NCBI GenBank assembly: GCA_023213395.1
Contig: CM041465.1
Location: 158,231,741-158,295,740 of the forward strand
Length of the DNA: 64,000 nt
DNA from: Cycas panzhihuaensis
Lineage: Eukaryota > Plantae > Cycadophyta
Direction of reading: 5' to 3'
A model generated the notes under the pieces. That model was not told the origin of the DNA, did not search any database, and saw only the letters and a list, made by a program, of their open reading frames with translations. Below are positions 26,608 to 39,432 of the stretch, in pieces (the stretch's first letter is position 1; each line of letters opens with the position of its first letter). Both the position numbers and the translations under genes were made by a program.

Positions 26608-27115
26608 TGTTGAGAAAACTAGGTCCTAATAACTAGAAACTGCCACTAAGATCTAAATTATTTTACAACTAGTTACAAGAATTCAAACTAAAATTTAACA
26701 TGCAAGTTTTTAAACTAGAGATAATATAATAAATAAATTAGAAAACTAAAGCATCACATATACACTAAATATAATATGGTAAAACCCTAGTAGTATGCTA
26801 GGAAAATATCCACATAAGAAAAGTATCGATCTTTATTATTCAAGAATAGAGAAATGTATATAATCTATAGTAGAATGCTCGCAACAATAATAACTAGCCA
26901 TCTTACTCCTCATAGTACATCCAATACATTGAATACCATCAACATAATGAAAAAACACCCTAAATTAGGCTATATGAGAGAGTCATACAAGGCACAAATC
27001 TTGACAATCAAATCTAAGATATTTTGAATGAACGACCCCGATTCTTTTTACAATTTAGTATGTTTTAAAGTGCTAGCTTTTTAGGTTAGGGGCTACCACC
27101 CTTAAACCCTCTCTT

Positions 27116-27131
27116 GGGGGGGGGGGGGGGG
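27116..27131. repeat. G16 homopolymer in the left LTR of H
   Basis: Seen directly; absent from the paired LTR. Confidence 0.95.
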
Positions 27132-27316
27132 ATCAGTGTTTCCTGTACCCCCTAGCCAAGGGGGACTCCCACCCCTCTTAGATCCTCTTATAGAAGTTTA
27201 GAGGGGAAATTGCACTACCAACCAATCAAAATTTTTGCCTTCAGAATATTATTGTCACATTATCTAACAATCTCTACTTTGATAACAATTTACCTAATAC
27301 CTTTCTTGGACTATTT

Positions 27317-30300
27317 ATCACCTTTTCTACAAACCAAGAGAAGTTAAGCACCATTTAAACTTCTCTAATAGTATTAGTTTTATGAATATATCATCACAAT
27401 TTGGTTTTATATTAACCTTCTTAAATGCCACTCCACCTACTTCCACAACCTATCTAACAAAATGATACTTAAGAGTAATGTGCTTTGTCTTACTATGATA
27501 AGTTAGATTCTTTACTAAGTAAATGGTACTTTGAATGTCACAAAATACCTTTACCTTTTCCTATTTCCTTCCAAGCTCAATTGATAGATTATATAACCAA
27601 ATTGCTTCCTTACAAGCATGCGATGTAATAATATATTCTACTTCTATAGTCGATAATATAATTGTACTCTACAATTTTGACATCCAACTAACTAGACCAT
27701 TTGTAAGAGTAAACACATAACCCAAAGTAGACCTTATCTTATCTAAATCTCCTGTAAATTCTAAATTAACATATCTACAAACTTAATTACTTGTACCACC
27801 AAAGGTGATGCAATAGTCACTTGTGCCCCTCAAATACTAAAGCACCCATTTCACTACTAGCCAATGTTCCTTTCCTAGATTTGCCATAAACCTGCTAACT
27901 ACACTGACTACATGTGAAATGTCAGGTCTTATACATACCAAGGCATAAATCAAACTTCTTACTGCACTGGCATAAGATACATAAGAGATATAATCCTTTT
28001 TTACCTCATTTCTAGGACTCATACTCGAAGAAATCTTGAAATGAGAAGCCAAGGAGATACTAACTGGTTTCACATTTTCCATACCAAATCTAGTTAGCAC
28101 CTTCTCTACATATTTCTACTGTGATAACTATAGCTTACTATTTTTCCTATCTCTATGTATCTCCATGCCTAAGTTTTGTTTTATAGCTCCTAAATCCTTC
28201 ATATCAAAAGCCCTAGCCAATTGAGTCTTTAACTTATTGATTTCTACCATACTCTTTCTTGCAGCCAACATCTCATCAACATACAATACCAAGATAATAA
28301 ATAAGCCATTGTCCAAGAATTTAAAGTAAACACAATGATCATACTCACTTCTTTTAAAATTTTAGCTCTCTATAAATACATCAAACTTCTTATACCATTG
28401 CCTAGGTGATTGCTTCAATCCATACAATGATTTCCTAAGCCTATAAATAAGTCTTTTCCTGCCATCTTATACAAGCTCTTATGGTTGATCCATATAGATC
28501 TCCTCATCTAAATCTCCATGCAAAAAAATCATTTTTACATCTAACTAATTGAACTCCAAATTAAGAGAAGCTACCAATATTAATAGAACTCAAATTGAAA
28601 TATGTTTAGTAACTGGTAAAAAGATCTCATGAAAATCAATACCTACTTTTTATGCAAAGCCTTTAGCCACTAGTATTACCCTCTATTTGTCAGCCTTTCA
28701 ATCAACATCTATTTTCTTCTTGAAAACCCACTTGCAACTTATAATCTTCTTGCCATATGGAAGTTCTACCAAGTTCCATAAATTAATTTTCTTCAAAGCA
28801 TCTATCTCTTCTTGCATAGCCATCTTCTAATTCTCACTATGGATATCATCTACTACTTCTTGATAGCATATAGACTCACCATTATTAGAAACCAAAGTAA
28901 TAGAACTAGAAGGCTTACACCTATTAGGTGGATGACTAACTCATATAGATCTTCTAATAGTTGGTAGATAAGTATCTACATACTCCTATAAATCTACTAT
29001 AAATTCATCTTCAGAAAGATCTTCTTGTATTTCTGTTTCTAAAGATGGATGGGTCTCAAGCTTGACCTATTAATGTTCAACTTTCTACTCATGTTTTACT
29101 TCAACTTCTACAATGTCTAATTTTAGAAAGAGAGATTCATCAAATACAACATCTCTATTAATAGTGATTTTGTGAGCAGTAGGATCTCACAACTTGTATC
29201 CCTTTACACCATCTCTATCACCATAACCAACAAAGATATATCTCTTGGATTTCGAGTCTAACTTTGAATATTGACTTTTATTAGTCATAGCATAAGCATC
29301 ACAACCAAAAACTTTTAAATTTGAATAGTTATACAGATGTCCGGTTTATATCTCTTTAGGAATCTTGCAGTCTATTACAAGTGATGGTGACCTATTTACT
29401 AAATAATAAGTTATTTGAAAAGCTTCTACCCATAAGCCTTACTCTACTTTTGCATTACTCAGCATAATTCTTACTCTTTCTAAGAGTGTCATATTTATGT
29501 GCTTAGTCATGCCATTCTACTACAGAGTATAGCTAGTGGTCTTATACCTTTCGATCCCAACTTCTCTACAATAGTTCTCAAACTCCAAGGAGTTAAACTC
29601 ACCTCCATTATCAGTTTTTAAATACTTGATTAACCTATCAGTGCTCTTCTCAACTAGATCCTTGAATTTCTTAAACACATTGAAAACTTTAGATTTCCTT
29701 TTCAAAAAATAGACCCATACATTTTTGGAATAATCATCTATAAATGTGATAAAGTACAATGATCCTCCATAAGATATTATAGGGGTTGGACCCCATACAT
29801 CTGAATGTATATAATCTAGAGCACCTTTACTAATGTGACTCCTTACTTTAAACCTAAGTCTACACTACTTTCTAAAAACATAGTATTTATAAAAAGTTAA
29901 ATATAAAAGTTGTAAGTTAAGAAGCAACTTATGGTTCATCAACATCTTAAGCCCCCTTTCACTCATGTGCCCAAGTCTCTGATGCCATAATTGAGCTAGA
30001 TCTTTTATAGTCTTTGATACTAAAGTTGCGTAGTTGACATCTATACTTCCTACCAAAATATAAAGGTTTCATTTCTTTAAGGCTTTCATAACAACTAAGG
30101 TACCCTTTTGACACCTTCAATACTCCTTCATGACCTATGTACTTATAACAACTAGAATCTAGTTCATCTAAGAAAATTAGATTCCATTTTAAAATTAAGT
30201 ACATGTCTAACTTTAGTTATTGTTCTCACTATACCACAAAACATTTTAATTCTGATGCTACCAATGTCCATTATCTTATAGGAAACTTCATTTCCCATAA

Positions 30301-31249
30301 GCACATTACTACCATCAAGAGGCTGGTATAATAAAAACTAACTCTTGTGTGGAAACACGTGGTGTGAAGCACTTGAATCCAATAACTAATCATCATGATA
30401 ATGAGAAACATTATAAGTAACCAAGATATCATCATCATCCATACCTTGATTTGACTCCACCTAATTAGCCTTATTAGTAGGATCTTTCTTTTTTTTTAAC
30501 TCCTTCCTTTTGTAGTAATCCTTCTTGAGGTGACATATCTTACTACAGTACCAATATCTGAGCTTACTCTTTTTGCCTTTTGACTTTGACCTCGATATAT
30601 CCTTGAAGCTTTATCCTCTCTTAATCATTTTTCCCCTTACTGCCATATCTTTTGGTGTGGATGTTTCAAAACTGGACTTCCTCCTCATCTCTTCCGTTAA
30701 TAAAACACTCATAATAGAATCATAGTCTAATTCATCTGTAGTTCTAAATCTAATTGAGATGATAATATTATCCTAATATTTTGGTAATGAACATAATAAG
30801 ATAACAACCTTATCCTTATTCTCAATCGTGACATCGATACTAGCCAACTAACAAATAAGAGTATTGAAAATATTTAAATGATTAAGAATTTTTGTACCTT
30901 CCTTCATCTATAATGAGTACAGTTGCTTCTTCAATTAGATTTAATTCATCATTAATTTGGTCATGTACAAGCTTTCTAATTGGGTCCATAATCCTATTAT
31001 TATCTTCTCCCCTGTAATGTTAAATATAACTCCATCTACCAAGTACAATCGTATTATGCTAAGAGCCCTTTTATCCCGATCATCCCATTTATCATCGTCT
31101 ATTCCTATGGGTTTCTTTGATTTTCCTGCTAGAGTTTTGTACAATCTTTATTATACTAGAACATCATATGCTTTCAGCTTCCATAACTTAAAGTTATTCT
31201 TTCCATTAAATTTCTCTACCTTAAACTTTGCATTTGTCAATTTTACCAT
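27317..31249 (-). pseudogene. gag-pol of H
   Basis: MVKLTNAKFKVEKFNGKNNFKLWKLK; DKRALSIIRL; LWHQRLGHMSERG; [11 protein letters not shown]...LKTDNGGEF; LVLYVDEML; FDMKDLGA; YASAVRSLIYALVCIRPDI. Confidence 0.95.
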
Positions 31250-31987
31250 TTGGTGTAAGAAAAAGTTGGCATCAAAACCTTCACAAACTAGTTGTAAAAA
31301 CAAAAGTGGCTCTGATACCACTTGTTAAGAAAACTAGGTCCCAATAACCAAAAAATACCATTAAGATCTAAACTATTTTACAACTAGTTATAGGAATTAA
31401 AATTAAAATTTAATATGCAAGTTCTTAAATTAGAGATAATATAATAAATAAATAAAAAAGACAAAGCATCACGTATACTCTAGATATAACATGATAAAAC
31501 CCTAATAGTATGCTAGGAAAACATCTACATAGGAAATGTATCGATCTTTATTATCTAAGAATGGAGAAATATACATAATCTATAGTAGAATACTTACAGT
31601 AACAATAACTAGCCACCTTACGTGGTATATCCAATATATCGAATACCATCAACATAATGAAAAAACACCCTAAATTAGGCTATATGAGAGAGTCATATAA
31701 GGTATAAATCGTGACCATCAAACCTGAGATATTTTGAATGAACGGATCTAATTCTCTTTATAATTTAGTATGTTTTATAGTGTTAGCTTTTTGGGTTAAG
31801 GGCTACCACCCCCAAACCCCCTATTTATAAAGAGGGGGCAGGGTATAGTTTTGGCTCCCCCCATAGCCCCCAACCAAGGGGGGCTCCCACCCCCCTGAGA
31901 TCCCCCGACAAAAGTTTAGGGAGAAAATCAAACTGCCAACCTGTCAAAATTTTTGCCTCTAAACTATTGTTGTTACATTATCTAACA

Positions 31988-32070
31988 AGGACATATCTCA
32001 AATTAGATATTTATATTGTGGTGAATATTGGTACTATGCTTAGGGATGCCCAATAAAGGCAAAATCAAGA
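31988..32070 (+). pseudogene. gag of E, right part (CCHC zinc-knuckle remnant)
   Basis: IRYLYCGEYWYYA*GCP restores to C-x2-C-x4-H-x4-C by reversing G>A and C>T changes. Confidence 0.65.
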
Positions 32071-32724
32071 GAAAAATCTTACAAGGAAGGGATTACAATT
32101 GTTAAAACTTAATAGGGAGAAAAATACCTCAATGTTAGAGAAGCACATAGCACTACTACTCTATGGGAGTTAGTCCTATAATCTTGTACCATACTTAAGT
32201 GCTTGATTACTTTTAACCATGAGTATCTACTTCTAATAAAGTATATGGTATGAGACTATTAATATATCTAATTTATACAAATGTTGAGTGAGATTTTATT
32301 AATATGAATAATGTATGAGGATACATGATGTGACTCCATTGGCATGGGTAATATGTGTGAATACATGATGTGAACCATTGATGTATGTATTTCGTATATG
32401 TAAAATCATATGTGTATATTCATGAGATTGTTAGATTAATACAATACTTTGAATTAAACTGTGTCTTTCTGAAAAATTGTCAAAATTCCTAAAATATCAC
32501 TTAGTATACTTATATATTGATTTTATTTTGGTGAGATTTCATGTATATTATTATATTGTAGGCATAATTATTTCATTTTGATATGACATTGAAGGGCCTT
32601 CATGAGATGCTAAGGGAGCAATGGGTCAAATGACATAGTTCACATGTGGATAATGAATATGACTTGGTGAAATTTCATATAAAGAATAGAACTAATAATT
32701 GGGATCGAATAAATTACCATGATC

Positions 32725-33075
32725 AGATGCCATAGACTATGACTATGTATGTCAATTACCTACTATGGTAATGAATTGTATCTATGAGGCACTAAATTAA
32801 AGAACTATCATGCCAGGGACTACTACTATGTATGTAGACTACCTGATGTGGTAATGAGCTATGGCTATGAAGCACTAAGTCAAGCTATTATCATGATAAG
32901 GATTGTGATTGTGTATGTCAACTACTTAGCATGGTAATGAACTACAACTATGTAGTACTTAGTCAAGGTACTATTATGTTGAGGGCTATAATTATATATG
33001 TTAATTGTTTGGCATGGTCATGTTATATTACAAACTATAATCGTGAATCACCAAGTCAAGGCACTATGACTAAAT
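32725..33075. repeat. Degenerate 83-bp tandem repeat, ~4 copies
   Basis: ATGTATGTCAACTACC...ATGGTAATGA...GCACTAAGTCAAG register at 32745, 32828, 32911, 32994. Confidence 0.88.
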
Positions 33076-33399
33076 GTTACTATGAATCCATGAAATTATA
33101 AGAAAATTTAATATTGAAGCAATAAACAACAAAGCAACTTCATGGATCTAATATTTCCAACTATATAGTAATGTTGATCAATATTGGGATACTAGAATCC
33201 TTTATTTATAGTTTTATAAGTATGTTGTACACATTCTCTCTTAAAATAATAATAAAATAAACTTGCCTGCATGCATGAATGTATATTACTTACCAACTTA
33301 CAAAATAATAAAAAACATAAATCAATCTAATATAAGAATATATAGTTGAGTAACAAATAGAAAAAAATATCACTTTTTAACACCCTCCCTTGATGTTTA

Positions 33400-34816
33400 T
33401 TTTTTAAATATTAAGTGATGCTCAATGCTGCTAGAACTTATCCTACACTAATAACTTAGCAAGAATATTTGTCGACTATTATATATATGTATATATATCT
33501 GCTTGAATCGAACATATTTTAGTTACATAAGTTAGAAAATCGTTCATATATATTAATAAAATTATTTTATTATTCATTGCATATCAATCTAAATATTTTT
33601 TCTTATGCAATCATTATTTTTCTATACTAAGCCCTTGGGACTTGATTTAGACTATAAAAGGCCTTTGTTAATTCTTTCGGTAGCTCAACCAACTCCCAAG
33701 TGTTGTTCTTTATGGAATCATCCCATTCTTTAGCTTCTTTTGCTTTTTATAAACTTTTCCAAATGTAAGCAAACTAATATAAGAAACTTTTTGTTTTCCT
33801 TCAATTGTGCTCTCATTATATTCTTTGAGTGGATATATTAAGTCATGTTTTAGTTGAGTTTGTTTCTTAAAATTATTTAAATAAATAATATTTGTATACA
33901 AGTTCCCTTGAATGTTTTCAAATTCTTTTAAAATATTGAGATCTTGGATTTTAATAGTTGTAGAATAAATGATTACTTGTTGTTAGATTTCTAAAGTGTT
34001 TATTATCACAAAGACACAATCCTTAAACTCTTGGATACCCTAAACATCTTCTTTAGTAATGTCATTAATTAGAAATAAGGTATTATAGATAACTAACAAC
34101 TTTTCTTCTACTCTGTTATCATTGACTCCATTAACTAGATTTGATTATATTGAGATATTCTTCACTTGAAGTGTTCATGTTTTAGTTTGCTCCATAATCA
34201 AACTTAGTGATTCCATGATCTTGGGATTATAAAACATTTAGCACTGCTTTAAAGGAAAAATATTCAAAGTCCATATGTAAAAAAAATTATCCTTTCTTCA
34301 ATAGGATTTATTATTACTTTCTTAATTGAAAAGGATAACTCCTTAGAGGCATCAAGTTATCATATGTTTAAATCCTTTAACTTCTTATAATGGTCAAGTA
34401 AGAAGTCTTTTGTTTCCTCAAGTTTCTTGAAGTTAATATCATTAGAAAGTGATATACCTTTCATAGTATCATCATACATAGTTTATGTTTTCCATTTAAT
34501 AATTTCACTAGTATAGAAAAAGGCATCATTGACCTTATATAGTTGATCATTATTCATTAACATTTTAATTGTGGAATTTCCTTTAGTCATGTATTTAGTA
34601 TCATCACCATGGAACATAACCTTATTACTCTATTCCTTGTTGATGTCCTTGAATATTTTGTTATTTAAGGTCATGTGACTAGAATAGCTAGTCTAAAGTA
34701 TCATGTCTCTATTTCATTATTTTTGGTTAAAGCCATGAAAAGTTGAGTTTTAGGTTTATTATCATGTTGAGCATAGGAGTTATGATAATGACCACCTCTA
34801 CCTCTATAGTTATTGT
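33400..34816 (-). pseudogene. Element I: Gag C-terminus, protease, unrecognised region, RT-leader and RNase H scraps
   Basis: NNYRGRGG...QLFMAL...YSSHMT (protease); KNNTWELVELPK at ~33675-33710; no integrase core or YxDD motif seen. Confidence 0.7.
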
Positions 34817-35199
34817 TGTTAGCGTCAAGGTGTAGAGTGGGAGGATTACAAGTATAGAAAGATCATTTTTAAAGTGAAAATATTTTCTAAATATAAAGCA
34901 GTGATGTTAAAAAACACCAGGGAGGTATTCTCCACCTATAAATATACATTTTGGAGAGGTGGAAAGTGCCTCAACTTGACTAAAATTAAAATTTTAAAAA
35001 TTATTAAAATATTAAGTAAATAATTAAATATCTTACCTGAGGTAGTTGTGGCAGCTCCATGCCAATTATAAGTGGTTGTTTGGTGGCATTAGGTGGCCCA
35101 AGATAACTTTGGAAGGCTTAAGGTACCATTGAGAGGCCCAAGGTACTCACATGCATTTGCAAATTATGCATTATCCAAACATTCTCCCCCATAATGGCT

Positions 35200-38100
35200 A
35201 ATATGTAGAACTCCCAACTTGTCTCTAAATTTTTAAAATTTATTCTTACCTAAAGCTTTCATGAAGATGCTTGTTACTTAATCTTTAGTGCTACAATATG
35301 CTAATTTAATTTCTCCTACTTGTATTAGCTCTCGAATAAAATGGTGTTGCATCTCAATATGCTTCGTTCTACCATGAAATACTGGGTTCTTTGTCATCTG
35401 TATTGTGTATGATTATCACACCAAATTCTTGAAAGCCCTTTATATTCTAGCTAAAAGTCTTGTAATAGTCTTCTCAACCAAACTATTTCATATGCACTAG
35501 TGACTACTACTTTATATTCTACTTTGGTTGTAGATAGAGAGACTGTATTTTACTTATTAGTGCTCCAATCTATGGATATCAAACCCATACTGAAAGTGTA
35601 ACTTGAAGTTAATTTTCTGTCATTAATGTCACCTACCCAATCTGAATCTGTATAGCTTGTCAACCTAAAATTTGATGAAACTTTATAATATAGACCATAT
35701 TCTGAAGTGCCTTTAAGATATCATAGAATTTTTTTGTCTACTCACTAATGAGTGGTCTTTAGTTCTTGCATGAATCAGGATACTACACCAATTGAATACA
35801 TTATGTCTAGTTAAGTGGATGTCAAGTAAATAAAATTTCTAATTAACTATCTATAAAGTATAGGATTAATAGGTATAGAGTCATACAGTTTGGATAGCTT
35901 GATTCCTGTTGCTACTAGAGTTGATAATGGTTTGTAATCAGTCATCTTAAACTTTTATAGTAGGTCTAGGGTATATTTCCTTTGGGAGATGAAGATACTA
36001 TTTTTATCCTACCATACCTCCAAACCTAGGAAGTAATGTATTAATCCCAAATCTTTCATTTCAAATTCTTTACACATGGCTTCCTTAAAATTTTACAAAA
36101 GATGAGAGTCATTTCTAGTATAGACAAGATCATCTACATAGAGTCCCACAATTATAATAGAATCTCCCTTGATTTTGATGTAGAGATTTGGATCTAATTA
36201 AAACCTTTTAAAGCCTTGATCTCTAAAATATTTGTTAATTCAATAATACCAGGCCTTGGGTGCTTGTTTCAAACCATAAAGTGCTTTTTTGAGTTTATAC
36301 ACTTTGTCTTCTTCCTCCTTGACTTCAAAATCGAGGGGTTGAAAGACATAGATATTCTCTTCAATGTAGCCATTGAGGAAAGTTATTTTGATGTCCATTT
36401 GATAAATGTTCCATCCCATTTGAGCTGCCAAACTCATCATTATGTAAATAGTTTTCATTTATGCAACAGGAGAAAATGTCTCATTATAATAAATACCTTT
36501 TTTTATGCATAACCTTTGGTGACCAATCTAGCTTTATATTTGTTAATTGATCCATCAGAGAAGAACTTGGTTTTATAAATCCACTTAGTACCAATTGACC
36601 TCTTATTGGGAGGTAAGTCAATCGATTCCCAAGTATCATTCTTAACAATTGAGGGATATTCATCTTCCATTGCCTTTCTCCAGGAGGCATGTGCATTGGC
36701 CTTATCAAAGGTTTGAGGCTCATGGGACTCCAAAACTTTACTTATGAGGGAAAAGTTCACCCTATGTGAGCAAGTAGATCTTTGATTGCTATCTAAGATG
36801 TTACCTGTATCATGATTCCTTTGAACGCATTTCGGAAGATGTTGTGGTGGAGGTTAAAAAGAGGTTCCCTCCCCACTTAGTTCATTAATGACTCGTTTAG
36901 AATTAAACATAGGAGGCACATATTTTGACTTGGTGGAGGTGTCAAAGTTAATTATTACTTCTTTCCTCTTTCCTTGATTATCATGATATCAAGCATCTTC
37001 CTAAAACTTTACATCTCTACTCACCATAACCTTCTTTGACTTAGGATCATAGACCTTGTATGATTTAGATGTTTCACTATAACCAAGAAATGTGCACTTA
37101 ATACTATGGTCATCCAATTTAGATCTTCTTTATTTAGGTACATGTGCATAGGCTAAGCACCCAAAAACTCTTAAATGATGTATGTTTATCGTGTAGCCTA
37201 TCCAAGCTTCTTTAGGTGTCTTCCACCCTAGGGATTTAGTACAGTACCTATTGAGAAGATAAATAGATATATGGACTGCTTTTACCCAAAACTCATGTTC
37301 CAAGTATTTATCTTTCAACATGTACCTTGCCATTTCTATAATGATATAATTTTTCCTTTCAGCTACACCATTTTATTGTAGGGTATAGGGATTTGTGAGC
37401 TTCTTTCTTATCCCATGATACATACAGCATGCCTTAAATTCATTGGAGATGAATTCCCCCCCATTATGGATCTTAGTGAGAGAATTTTGTACCCACTTTG
37501 TCACTCCACAAAGGTTTTGAAGTCAACAAAGTATTGGAAGACATCATATTTAAACTTAAGGAAGAATACCCAAGTCTTCCTAATGTATTCATCAATGAAT
37601 ATGATGAAATATTGTGCACCTACCAATGAGGGGACATCCATAGGGTCACAAATATCTATATAGACTAGTTGAAGTGGTCAAGATGTCCGATAGCTATAAT
37701 TTAGAAAACTTTCCCTATGTTGTTTGCCAAGTAGGCATTCCTCACATATGGTTTTGTCCACTTCAATGTTAGACAACCCATTAACTATATCCATTCTTTT
37801 TATTAAGGCCAAACTGTTATAGTTTAGGTGTCCAAATCTCCTATGCCATAAATCACTATGTAATTTAACTGTAGTTCTTAAAGCATAAGTATCTGATGGA
37901 GTAAAGATAAGTTTGAAAAGTCTATCTTTTGTCATTTTGCCTTTTGTAATAATTACCTTATTTTTCCTCTTGTCTTTAATTGTGCATTCACCATTATTAA
38001 AGATAACCTTATAATCCTGATCCATCATCTGCCCTACTGATAGTATATTTTTCTTCAAAGTAGGAACATATAATACATCATTAAGGTGTATATACTCTTT

Positions 38101-39432
38101 TATATCTGTTATGAGAGCTATGTTACCTCTACCAACCAATTCATGGGATGTGTCATCACCTAATATTATTGAACCTATTTTATTTCTTACTAAGGTACAT
38201 AATAAATGCTCCTTATAAGTCATGTAAGTAGAGCAACTCGAATTAATGTACTAGTTATCATCTTCTTCTTCTTGGGTAGTAAAGCTAGATAAGAAAAGTC
38301 TGTTATTATCCCTTATCTCAATTGTGGTATTTACACTACCTTTTGTGGGTGGTCCATATTTTGAAAAATATTTGTCTTATGTATGACCACTATGATGACA
38401 ATAGGTGCAATATAGTGTATCTCTTCTCCCATAGCTTAGAATTCAATTATGAGGATGGGATCTTTCTATGTGGGATGATATCTCCTTTTCTTCATAATAG
38501 GGGAATTGATTATCCCTTTGTCTATTATCATAATAATCTAGATTTGACCTTTGAGCTTGAACATTTCCATGGAAGTTTGGGCAACATCAATGTGCCTCAG
38601 GTTGTTTCTCCTGATTTTGGTACCTAGGAGGATTAATATTTCATTAGTTTGCTTCTTGTCTCCTTTGGTGAGGAGCTTTATATTTAGGTGGTGGATCTTG
38701 ATACATATCCCTTCTAAGATTTCTATCCCTTCTCTTGGGAGATAGTTCTCTAGATTTTAATGTGGCAGCTTGAGAATGAGATTGGATTCTTACCTTGGTA
38801 TCAAAGACATGCTTAAGAGATTTATTTGTATTTTGTTGTTCTTTGACTATCATCAATAAGGTAATTAGTTGTTCTACCTTAAGGGTACTTAGGTCTTTAT
38901 ATACCCCTATGTTTGTTGCTACTATTTCAAATCTTCTTATGGCACCTACACATCTCAAGATCCTTTCTACTGCTCTTTGTTTTGTCAATATGTCTCCAAG
39001 TGATCTCATTTGGTTAACTATATCTTGCACCTTAGTCATAAATTTTATCACAGATTCTATTGGTATCATACGTAAGTTTTTAAATTTGCTTCTTAGGTTT
39101 TGAAGCTTAGAAGATACAACTCCTTTATAAATTAGTTCTAGGTTATCCCATACTTCCTTTGACTTTATAGACTCACTAACTCTTTAGAAAATGTGATATT
39201 CTAATACACGAAAGATAAGGGTAAGAGCTTCATTATCCTTTTTAACATTTTCTTTATAAGATATATTTTCAACATCAGTGGTATTTTAACCTAATTCACT
39301 ATAACTTGTTCTCACAATCTCTCACATGTCATTAATGATAAGGATGGGTCTCATCCTCCTACTCTAATTTGAAGTTTGTTATCATCTCTTAGCTAGATTA
39401 AAAAAAACTATAGATTAAGTAAAGTTTTTCAT
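35200..39432 (-). pseudogene. gag-pol of J
   Basis: Gag (ORF 38644-39069); LYVPTLKKNILSVGQ...LWHRRFGHLN...CEECLLGKQHR (37678-38223); HLRVFGC; EPQTFDKA...KYKARLV; QMDIKITFLNG...KALYGLKQAP; LYVDDL; KHIEMQHHFIRE. Confidence 0.95.

Larger units (their letters stand above)
26608..31987 (-). mobile_element. Element H: full-length decayed Ty1/copia, Tnt1/Tork-like
   Basis: ~660-bp LTRs 26608-27269 and 31323-31987, both TG...CA; TSD AGGAT/AGGAC; PBS TGGTATCAGAGCCA (31307-31320); PPT remnant 27270-27281. Confidence 0.95.

Noticed and set aside
30957-31328. Plus-strand ORFs opposite gag/pol (also 36216-36512, 37415-37663, 38322-39103, 42393-42701)
   Set aside because: Antisense shadows of recognisable retroelement coding sequence.
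32725-33075. CRISPR-like array
   Set aside because: The whole 83-bp unit repeats with diffuse divergence; there are no unique spacers or cas genes, and the context is eukaryotic.
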